Positions 1-5,912 of a DNA stretch of 57,363 nt are shown here, piece after piece. The translations under genes and the position numbers were made by a program. Every line of letters begins with the position of its first letter. The stretch's first letter is position 1. Source of the stretch: a virus (taxonomy: Duplodnaviria; Caudoviricetes); the IMG/VR virus record IMGVR_UViG_3300020420_000002, positions 1 through 57,363 of that record; one strand, given 5' to 3'. The notes under the pieces were generated by a model. The model was not told where the DNA came from and did no database searches. It worked only from the letters and a program-made list of their open reading frames with translations.

Positions 1-77
1 GAATTTCGCGTAGAAGGCGAAGAATTCAAACATTATGCGAACGAATGGTGGAAAAAAGTAGATCAATATTACAAACA
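1..77. repeat. Terminal direct repeat (identical to 57287-57363); circular-assembly overlap
   Basis: 77 bp exact match between the window ends; an ORF reads in frame across the junction. Confidence 0.95.
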
Positions 78-99
78 AAAGGTTGACAAAGGTAAATAA
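1..99 (+). CDS. 3' end of the PD-(D/E)XK exonuclease that starts at 56690
   Basis: Frame EFRVEGEEFKHYANEWWKKVDQYYKQKVDKGK* continues the 56690 ORF; TAA at 97-99. Confidence 0.85.
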   Translation, partial: EFRVEGEEFKHYANEWWKKVDQYYKQKVDKGK

Positions 100-110
100 T
101 ATCCTATATT
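83..110 (+). promoter_or_regulatory. Sigma70-type promoter with ATCCTATA motif
   Basis: TTGACA(83-88)-16 bp-TATATT(105-110); RBS GAAAGGA at 121-127. Confidence 0.6.
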
Positions 111-132
111 AACCTATAACGAAAGGATGAAT

Positions 133-306
133 ATGAAACTAACAAACTGTAATGACTGCGAAGGCAAAGGCTACTATACTGACGTTATAAGTAGCGGTTT
201 ATCTGACCCAAATGACCCTTATCACGAGCCACATATTGAGAGATGTGATACATGTAAGGTATTTAATGACGACGTAGAGGCAAAAGAATATCATGAAAAA
301 AATTAA
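133..306 (+). CDS. Small zinc-finger protein (57 aa)
   Basis: Manual translation MKLTNCNDCEGKG...RCDTCK; CxxCxGxG plus CxxC; good RBS. Confidence 0.75.
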   Translation: MKLTNCNDCEGKGYYTDVISSGLSDPNDPYHEPHIERCDTCKVFNDDVEAKEYHEKN

Positions 307-460
307 AATAGAATTGACCGAGGATGAACTTCATTCAATTATGAGCATCCTAACTGTTAAATCTATGGGTGGTAATTTAGATGCTGACGATAAAACATTA
401 GGTAAAAAAATTCACGAAGCATTAAAAAAACTGGAGAAGAAAAATGAAAAACATGCTTGA
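293..460 (+). CDS. Hypothetical protein (55 aa)
   Basis: Manual translation MKKIKIELTEDELHSI...; overlaps both neighbours in operon style. Confidence 0.6.
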   Translation: MKKIKIELTEDELHSIMSILTVKSMGGNLDADDKTLGKKIHEALKKLEKKNEKHA

Positions 461-632
461 TATACTAGAGACATTTACTGATGAGGAATGGAAGAAGGCT
501 AAAAAAGAAATGACTAAAAGAATTCCTAGTATGAAAATTGATAAGATGTCAATGGAGGAGTTTAAATTATTATCTAAATTTTTAGCAGGCCCTAACTTTG
601 AAGACATAAACAAAAGCAAGAGGATACACTAA
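444..632 (+). CDS. Hypothetical protein
   Basis: ORF track; GGAG RBS upstream. Confidence 0.65.
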   Translation: MKNMLDILETFTDEEWKKAKKEMTKRIPSMKIDKMSMEEFKLLSKFLAGPNFEDINKSKRIH

Positions 633-808
633 TGATAAATGAGAACATGGCAGCAAAATCGGAAAAATCGGTAAAAACGGCAAAATCGGAAAAACCAGTA
701 AAAATAGATCTAAAAGGAGTTGTTTTTTGTAAGGCTAAAAAATGTATGAATTCTTTGTATAAAAATGAGAGCAGTAGTTTTAAGGGATATTGTCAGGATT
801 GTGATTAA
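632..808 (+). CDS. Small Cys-rich protein (58 aa) with a 9-bp tandem repeat region
   Basis: Manual translation ...AKSEKSVKTAKSEKPVK...CKAKKC...CQDCD*; TAATG overlap with the upstream stop. Confidence 0.6.
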   Translation: MINENMAAKSEKSVKTAKSEKPVKIDLKGVVFCKAKKCMNSLYKNESSSFKGYCQDCD

Positions 809-854
809 AATACAACAATGTGTTGTAAATAAGTCACAATAAAGGCAGGTATTT

Positions 855-1111
855 ACCTATAGACTTTTTTTGCCAGAAAAATTTTTTTGTTTTTCAATTT
901 ACGAATCGTGGTTACAATGGTTACAATGACATTCAATCGACTATTATTAGCAAATACCAACGGTTCTAGGCCATAATTTTGTAACAAATCTTGGTTACAA
1001 TGTGGTTACAGTGGTTACAATCCAGTAAAATCAACACTTTTAGCAAACCCGTACGCGCGCATAAGAAAATGTTTTTGAAAAAAATGTGTCCTAGAGAAAA
1101 AAACTATAGGT
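855..1111. repeat. Iteron-like GGTTACA repeats inside an imperfect inverted repeat; candidate replication origin
   Basis: GGTTACA at 910, 919, 993, 1004, 1013; inverted TGTAAC at 980; arms ACCTATAG+T tracts (855) and A tracts+CTATAGGT (1104-1111); non-coding. Confidence 0.55.
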
Positions 1112-1124
1112 GCTATAAGTAGAT

Positions 1125-1412
1125 ATGCGTAGAAATAAGAAATCCAAATTTAAACACGTCGTGATCGGTTCAAAGAAGTATTATTTTTACCGCCTCGAGT
1201 GGATCGATATAACGGGGGACGCAGGCCATGCATCAATAGAAGAATTTGATAAATTCGAATGCAGCAAAATGATAACGCATGCATACATTTACAAACGAAA
1301 TAAAAAATTCGTTTGGACATTTGCATCATATGAAGATAAAGACGTTTCATTTTCAGACCGTAATATATTTCCTGTGGGATGTATTGTTAAATTAGAGAAG
1401 ATTACTCTTTAG
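1125..1412 (+). CDS. Hypothetical phage protein
   Basis: 95 aa ORF with plausible composition. Confidence 0.7.
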   Translation: MRRNKKSKFKHVVIGSKKYYFYRLEWIDITGDAGHASIEEFDKFECSKMITHAYIYKRNKKFVWTFASYEDKDVSFSDRNIFPVGCIVKLEKITL

Positions 1413-1881
1413 ATTCCTCGACTACTTCTGCGTTGCCATCAATGATAGGCTTGAAATTCTTCAAAGCTTTTTCTAACATTTTATCTAACTCAGACTCTTC
1501 CAGGTTATCTAAGTTTTTATGCAGATGTAGATTGGTATTATTTTGATAGCCGCCGGCCTTACCTCTGGCAACTTCAGCGTTGATAGCAGCGCTCCAGGCT
1601 TTTGATTCTCTTGCTTCATCTCTCAATTGGCCCAGTTCACCTAAGTGAGATTCCATACTAATATCGTATTTTTTTAATTTTTCACTTCTTAACCTGCCTA
1701 TGTACTGACTAACTAGAGGGTACATTGATGGGTTTTGAAGCTTACTTGCAGAGACATAGGCAGAATTAGGATCATAACCCGCTTCGATAGCACAGTCGGT
1801 AGCAGTTTTCCTACCTTCATTTGCTACTACTAAATTAGCGAACTTAACTTGTTTTTCTGTAAGTCTTTTTGGTAAACCCAT
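1402..1881 (-). CDS. terS: Terminase small subunit
   Basis: N-terminal LTEKQVKFA...ATDCAIEAGY...SAYVSASKL HTH typical of TerS; ATG at 1881 chosen. Confidence 0.8.
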   Translation of the reverse strand: MGLPKRLTEKQVKFANLVVANEGRKTATDCAIEAGYDPNSAYVSASKLQNPSMYPLVSQYIGRLRSEKLKKYDISMESHLGELGQLRDEARESKAWSAAINAEVARGKAGGYQNNTNLHLHKNLDNLEESELDKMLEKALKNFKPIIDGNAEVVEESKE

Positions 1882-1884
1882 AAC

Positions 1885-1917
1885 TTGCAATATAAATTAT
1901 TTTTGGTATATGTTCAA
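1885..1917. promoter_or_regulatory. Overlapping divergent promoters, probably leaderless transcripts
   Basis: Plus: TTGCAA-16-TATATG, ATG 8 nt later (1921). Minus: TTGAAC-17-TATATT, ATG 7 nt later (1881). No room for an RBS. Confidence 0.55.
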
Positions 1918-1920
1918 GTG

Positions 1921-2148
1921 ATGGTAACAGGAAAGCTATTAAGGAAAGTCTTAGATAAATTCTTAAAGTCACCCGTAGTGCAAGAAGCTAGAGTGCAGAT
2001 CTGCATGCCCAATGGCGAGATGTTTGATATCAAGGATATTAAATTAATGGAAAACCAATTACTTGGTGTCCGTGAATCTCATAGATTAGTGATGACAGTT
2101 TATAAATCTAAGTGGAATATGGGTGAAGTCATAAAAAAAATTGATTAG
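1921..2148 (+). CDS. Hypothetical protein
   Basis: ORF track frame; ATG at 1921. Confidence 0.7.
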   Translation: MVTGKLLRKVLDKFLKSPVVQEARVQICMPNGEMFDIKDIKLMENQLLGVRESHRLVMTVYKSKWNMGEVIKKID

Positions 2149-2176
2149 CCAGAGAGTAACGGACTTAGCCTAAAAA

Positions 2177-2548
2177 ATGATTAAAGGTGAGACTAAATTC
2201 TGGCATGAAATTAAGACGTTCAACACTAAAAATAATTGCGAATTATCATTTACACGCGTGGAAAATAGTGCTGCACATGGGACTCCTGATCTACTGGGCT
2301 ACAATACTTCTGGCCACTTTTTTACCGTCGAATTAAAGTTAAAAAAAGCTAAAAAAATTCTTTTTTCTCCACATCAAATTGGCTTTCATTTGACTCATCC
2401 GAACAATAGTTTCATCATGCTAAAGGCCCTCGGTCCTTTAGCCATAAAACTTTATGAGGGAAGGTTTATAGAAGAACTAATTAAGGGGAAGGCAGAACCG
2501 TGTGCCACGGGTATGTTGTCAAGCTTAAAATTTTTACAAAAAGTTTAG
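2177..2548 (+). CDS. PD-(D/E)XK nuclease, Holliday-junction-resolvase/VRR-NUC-like
   Basis: E...RVEN...GTPDLLG...FTVELK...SPHQ motif. Confidence 0.8.
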   Translation: MIKGETKFWHEIKTFNTKNNCELSFTRVENSAAHGTPDLLGYNTSGHFFTVELKLKKAKKILFSPHQIGFHLTHPNNSFIMLKALGPLAIKLYEGRFIEELIKGKAEPCATGMLSSLKFLQKV

Positions 2549-2610
2549 CGTCCTATAATATCCTACACAAAAGTCAACGGACAAAGTGTCGCGGCCCGAG
2601 AGAAGAGCTT

Positions 2611-2626
2611 GTGGGCGGGACCCACC
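2611..2626 (+). repeat. GC-rich palindromic repeat, copy 1 of 7
   Basis: GTGGGCGGGACCCACC preceded by AGAGAAGAGCTT. Confidence 0.9.
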
Positions 2627-2674
2627 CGTGGCCTGCGGCCTGTGCTTGCGACTTGTGGACTATGGTGCGTGCTT

Positions 2675-2690
2675 GTGGGCGGGACCCACC
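2675..2690 (+). repeat. GC-rich palindromic repeat, copy 2 of 7
   Basis: GTGGGCGGGACCCACC. Confidence 0.9.
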
Positions 2691-2793
2691 CAATTTTTTT
2701 ATTTATGCTTGAGGGCTGGTGGAATACAACCAGCCCCCGCTTGAGGGTTTCCCAATTTTAGGTGTAGTACAACCCCACAATCGAACACCATTC

Positions 2794-3402
2794 CTAATGT
2801 TCACCATAAGAAATATTTTTAATTTTTGGATTCCAGCATTTTCTACAGTCGAGACATTGCCCGCCCTGCTGCGGCGCTGGACATGTTGCTTTTTTAGTCA
2901 CAACAGTGGAAGTATTCGGCCAGCTTTTAATTGGTCCCTGATCAACCATTGGTGAAGAAATTCTAATTGTTAAATTCTTCGGCGCTCTTTGTAAGTGGTC
3001 CTTGATCCAAGCTTCTTTGGTTGGCATCCAATGGCGCCTTGATGGCGTCCGTTTACATACTTCAAAAATTTTATTTAAATGATCCAGGCTTTGTACATCG
3101 CCTGAGTCGTGCCATCTAAAAACATCGGGCTTTTTATTATTAATCAAAGTCGTCATTGCGTGGACCCATAACTCATGTTTAAGGGCCTTCAATCTTCTGT
3201 ATTGTGCATCTTGTACGATCTTAAAAACGTAACAACCTTTAAGAGCATAACAATTGCTACAGACGCTGCCTTCTACTTTTTGCAGCTTGCCGCCCGTGTT
3301 GCATTCTTTAGCAGGAAGGCCAATTGACCATCCAGGCATTTTGCCAGGCTTGCTTAGGCCTCCTACTATCTCCCACGCTTGAGCCGTGTTTAATTCTTTC
3401 AT
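2794..3402 (-). CDS. Phage Gp88-like protein (Cys-rich)
   Basis: SKPGKMPG..LPAKEC..VCSNCYA..FRWHDSGD..CPA..CLDCRKCW pattern of the GP88 family. Confidence 0.75.
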   Translation of the reverse strand: MKELNTAQAWEIVGGLSKPGKMPGWSIGLPAKECNTGGKLQKVEGSVCSNCYALKGCYVFKIVQDAQYRRLKALKHELWVHAMTTLINNKKPDVFRWHDSGDVQSLDHLNKIFEVCKRTPSRRHWMPTKEAWIKDHLQRAPKNLTIRISSPMVDQGPIKSWPNTSTVVTKKATCPAPQQGGQCLDCRKCWNPKIKNISYGEH

Positions 3403-3521
3403 TTTTTATTTTTTTTAATTACCGCTTTTTCTAGTTCCATTATGAAACCCGAATATTCTTTTGTAATTTCTTCGCCGTAACACTTTTTCCAAGCGTCTAA
3501 TATTTCCTTAATTGTAAGCAT
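3399..3521 (-). CDS. Hypothetical protein (40 aa)
   Basis: Manual translation MLTIKEILDAWKKCYG...; RBS AGGAAGGA; ATGA overlap with the gp88-like gene. Confidence 0.65.
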   Translation of the reverse strand: MLTIKEILDAWKKCYGEEITKEYSGFIMELEKAVIKKNKK

Positions 3522-3622
3522 AATTATTATATTCCTTCCTTTTAATGCGGCTAGTAAACGTCAGTTTAAAACATCTTTCAATTCACCAGAACAAGCTGGC
3601 CGCCTCTCTTACTAGCCTGTTT

Positions 3623-3652
3623 TATATATAGGATATTATAGGAATATGTCAA
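3623..3652 (-). promoter_or_regulatory. Sigma70-type promoter with tandem TCCTATA operator
   Basis: Minus strand reads TTGACA-TATTCCTATAATATCC-TATATA. Confidence 0.65.
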
Positions 3653-3689
3653 GCGTTTAAAAATTTTATTTTCAACTAAAAAGTGATTG

Positions 3690-3705
3690 ACACAACATAT
3701 AGTGG
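3690..3705. promoter_or_regulatory. NrdR-box-like site
   Basis: ACACAACATATAGTGG, 14/16 to the NrdR consensus acaCwAtATaTwGtgt. Confidence 0.6.
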
Positions 3706-3771
3706 TTAGTGCATGTGGGCGGGACCCACCCTTTGAGCTTGTGGTTAGTGCTTGTGGGCGGGACCCACCCT
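3702..3771 (+). repeat. GC-rich palindromic repeat, copies 3 and 4 (31-bp near-perfect tandem)
   Basis: GTGGTTAGTGCWTGTGGGCGGGACCCACCCT at 3702 and 3741; cores at 3715 and 3754. Confidence 0.9.
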
Positions 3772-3786
3772 AAAAAATAAAAAGGC

Positions 3787-4100
3787 TTAGCCTGTTGCCT
3801 CGAGTACCTACCCATTCCTCGACATTTTAACGGTAGAATTAACAACAGGTTCCACGCCTGAGCGCATTGCTCGATCAGAACTCTGATCCCAGATCCATCG
3901 TTGGACTAATCGCTAGCTAGAACGCCCACGGTGGATCTGGGATCAGCCCCGAGGAATTGTTAGGGTATCCTCGGGGCCTAGGATCCTTGCATCACCTAAC
4001 CAGTGCAAGGATCTTAGCCCTTGGAAGATTCATATTTATCGAGGTGAACCTTCCGAACACCTCAGTGTTTGCCAGAGGTAGTTGCCCTTCAACTTAACAA
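3787..4100. ncRNA. Candidate structured non-coding RNA (at least 5 consecutive stems); strand uncertain
   Basis: Stems 3791-97/3843-49, 3883-97/3932-46 (15 bp perfect), 3947-55/3968-76, 3978-91/4004-17, 4021-4056; no ORF in the track; minus-strand promoter at 4110-4137. Confidence 0.55.
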
Positions 4101-4109
4101 TACAAATCC

Positions 4110-4137
4110 ACAATAACAGAATATCCTATAATGTAAA
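4110..4137 (-). promoter_or_regulatory. Promoter facing the structured region
   Basis: TTTACA-16-TATTGT with extended -10 TG and the TATAGGAT motif in the spacer. Confidence 0.45.
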
Positions 4138-4158
4138 GGACAATATTGTCGCACCTTA

Positions 4159-4175
4159 TTTAGAATCGTTCCAAT
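4159..4175. promoter_or_regulatory. Irr iron-control-element (ICE)-like site
   Basis: TTTAGAATCGTTCCAAT versus TTTRGAAYNRTTCYAAA, one terminal mismatch. Confidence 0.55.
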
Positions 4176-4189
4176 GTAGAGAAGAGCAT

Positions 4190-4205
4190 GTGGGCGGGGC
4201 CCACC
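4190..4205 (+). repeat. GC-rich palindromic repeat, copy 5 of 7
   Basis: GTGGGCGGGGCCCACC preceded by GTAGAGAAGAGCAT. Confidence 0.9.
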
Positions 4206-4249
4206 CTAAAAAAAGAAAAAATTTTTTTTAGTTTTTTTAAATTATTTGT

Positions 4250-4278
4250 TTGACAGTTATCCTATAATTTCCTATAAC
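4250..4278 (+). promoter_or_regulatory. Strong sigma70-type early promoter with tandem TCCTATA
   Basis: TTGACA-17-TATAAC, upstream A/T tracts, spacer ATCCTATAATTTCCTATA. Confidence 0.75.
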
Positions 4279-4319
4279 AAATCAGTTGTAATAATAACAA
4301 AAACAGAAAGGAATACATT

Positions 4320-4910
4320 ATGCAACCATTAAGAAAAGACCACGTTGACCACTACAAAGATGTTGTGCATGAAGAGTTTAATAATGCGTCTTCATCTATT
4401 GAAAGTGAAATCCATGTTAAAGCTAGTGAGATAACAGATAAGAAATCACCTCACTTTGCAAAGGAACTTGGGTTTGATAAATTAATTTCAGAACTAGATA
4501 AGAGAGTTAAAAAACTTCTGAAATTTCAAAACGAAAAAGCCAGAATAGAGCATGACCTTGAGGTTGAAGCTAGAAAAGTAGCTGAAAAAATTGAGGACAA
4601 ATTTTCTGGTTTAAGAAGATATAGAAAATGGAGTACTGATATGAGTTCTATTAAGGTTAAAGATGAAAACCCAATAGACTATGTAACAAAAAAAATAAAA
4701 AAAGTTTGTTACGAGGAAGCAGAAAAGCATGTCAGGAAAGGTCATAAATTATATCATGCACTTGGAAATAAAAGAAAAAAGTGTTTGAATATACTTTATA
4801 CTGGAAGCCATATTCAACCAACATTAGTTGAGTTGAGTAAGGAAATGAAAACCGCTAATATTGAATTACAGATACCAAGTTCTTTATTAGCTTTACCACC
4901 GACTAAATAA
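4320..4910 (+). CDS. Hypothetical coiled-coil early protein
   Basis: 196 aa ORF; RBS GAAAGGA. Confidence 0.8.
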   Translation: MQPLRKDHVDHYKDVVHEEFNNASSSIESEIHVKASEITDKKSPHFAKELGFDKLISELDKRVKKLLKFQNEKARIEHDLEVEARKVAEKIEDKFSGLRRYRKWSTDMSSIKVKDENPIDYVTKKIKKVCYEEAEKHVRKGHKLYHALGNKRKKCLNILYTGSHIQPTLVELSKEMKTANIELQIPSSLLALPPTK

Positions 4911-4911
4911 T

Positions 4912-5088
4912 ATGGAAATATTATTATATTCTGGCATGGTTTTAATCATTGGTGGTTTTGGATTGTTTTTATATTCAGAAATAAAGTTACGAGAAATAGA
5001 TCGTAAAATGTTTTTGAATGAGCAATTACATAAATCATTCATGGAAGCAAAAAAAGAAAGTGAGGATAAACAATTAAAATTATTCTAA
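4912..5088 (+). CDS. Small membrane protein (58 aa) ending in QLKLF
   Basis: Manual translation MEILLYSGMVLIIGGFGLFLYSEIKLREIDRKMFLNEQLHKSFMEAKKESEDKQLKLF*. Confidence 0.7.
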   Translation: MEILLYSGMVLIIGGFGLFLYSEIKLREIDRKMFLNEQLHKSFMEAKKESEDKQLKLF

Positions 5089-5097
5089 CTTAAAACT

Positions 5098-5124
5098 TGG
5101 CGCGAGATTAACACACTCGCGCCA
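5098..5124. terminator. GC-rich hairpin, probable terminator
   Basis: TGGCGCGAG/CTCGCGCCA 9-bp stem just after the stop; no clear U tract on plus. Confidence 0.5.
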
Positions 5125-5149
5125 CCGAAAAAAAATTAGATAAGAGCAT

Positions 5150-5165
5150 GTGGGCGGGACCCACC
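5150..5165 (+). repeat. GC-rich palindromic repeat, copy 6 of 7
   Basis: GTGGGCGGGACCCACC preceded by TAGATAAGAGCAT. Confidence 0.9.
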
Positions 5166-5174
5166 CATATAAAA

Positions 5175-5204
5175 AAACAATATGTTGTGGTTAAGTTATC
5201 CACA
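5175..5204. promoter_or_regulatory. NrdR-box-like site overlapping an inverted DnaA-box pair
   Basis: AAACAATATGTTGTGG (5175-5190, 13/16 NrdR); TGTGGTTAA (5186-94, 1 mismatch) and perfect TTATCCACA (5196-5204). Confidence 0.5.
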
Positions 5205-5241
5205 GGCACTAAAATTAATTTAAAAATAATGAATTATTTTC

Positions 5242-5269
5242 TTGCAAATAAAATCCTATAAATTATATT
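5242..5269 (+). promoter_or_regulatory. Sigma70-type promoter with ATCCTATA
   Basis: TTGCAA-16-TATATT. Confidence 0.55.
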
Positions 5270-5301
5270 ACATTTAAATTAACTTAACGAAAGGAATACA
5301 A

Positions 5302-5760
5302 ATGGCTTTAATAATACACTACGAAGGTTTAAAGCACTTTAACAATGACGGCGGTTTTCTTCCAGGTGGCTTTGGAAAAAAACAAGCTGATCAAATCGGT
5401 TGGTTTATGATGTCAGCTGGCATCACGGAAATCACAGAAAAAAATATTCCAGAACTTTTATTTAGAGCAAAGTTTATGGATACTTGTTGTGGTGGAGTAC
5501 CGGTTTTTTATAACCCAAATGTTTTTGAAGAGAAGGGTACTAAAGTTTGTGACTACAAAGATGTAGCTTATAACTTTAAAAAACATTTAGGTTTAAAAAT
5601 AGAGGTAACAAATCAAGGAATAAAATTACCTGGAACTAGACATCAATTCATGGTCCAAGTTATGAGAAGCATGGAACGAGATATCTTATGGGATATAAAA
5701 GATATCGATACAGATGTTAGTTGGAAAGATCATGTAAAGGAGGAACACGTGAATAATTAG
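5302..5760 (+). CDS. Hypothetical early protein
   Basis: 152 aa ORF; RBS GAAAGGA. Confidence 0.8.
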   Translation: MALIIHYEGLKHFNNDGGFLPGGFGKKQADQIGWFMMSAGITEITEKNIPELLFRAKFMDTCCGGVPVFYNPNVFEEKGTKVCDYKDVAYNFKKHLGLKIEVTNQGIKLPGTRHQFMVQVMRSMERDILWDIKDIDTDVSWKDHVKEEHVNN

Positions 5761-5772
5761 TTTCGTTAAGCC

Positions 5773-5822
5773 ATGCGGTTCTTGCATAGGGTATCCTACA
5801 ATATCCTATGCAGAAACTGCAT
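5773..5822. other. Long imperfect hairpin (~22 bp) containing ATCCTA motifs
   Basis: ATGCGGTTCTTGCATAGGGTAT / ATATCCTATGCAGAAACTGCAT. Confidence 0.5.
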
Positions 5823-5851
5823 ACCACTCTGGGTTGTGTAGAGAAGAGCAT

Positions 5852-5867
5852 GTGGGCGGGACCCACC
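5852..5867 (+). repeat. GC-rich palindromic repeat, copy 7 of 7
   Basis: GTGGGCGGGACCCACC preceded by GTAGAGAAGAGCAT; followed by an inverted core GGGTCCC at 5873. Confidence 0.9.
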
Positions 5868-5896
5868 ACTAGGGGTCCCAATAGGAATTACTTTTA

Positions 5897-5912
5897 TGTT
5901 TCACGTGAAACA
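5897..5912. promoter_or_regulatory. parS: parS site (chromosomal ParB/Spo0J-type)
   Basis: Perfect palindrome TGTTTCACGTGAAACA, the canonical chromosomal parS consensus; intergenic. Confidence 0.8.

Noticed and set aside
1-77. Biological terminal repeat
   Set aside because: The length equals a common assembler k-mer (77) and it falls mid-gene, so it is most likely an assembly overlap.
2500-2955. Track ORFs 2500-2712 and 2719-2955
   Set aside because: They run through repeat or hairpin DNA or antisense to the gp88-like gene, lack an RBS and have atypical composition.
3787-4100. Known self-cleaving ribozyme or tRNA
   Set aside because: No hammerhead CUGANGA/GAAA core, no twister or pistol architecture, and no cloverleaf or T-loop found by eye; a covariance search is still needed.
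5273-5288. CtrA box (TTTA-N7-TTAAC)
   Set aside because: Imperfect and expected by chance in very AT-rich DNA.
2611-5867. GTGGGCGGGACCCACC repeats as a CRISPR array
   Set aside because: Spacing is irregular (39 to about 1040 bp), the intervals contain genes, and there is no cas operon.
2611-5867. Repeat core as FtsK KOPS
   Set aside because: GGGCGGGA does not fit GGGNAGGG.
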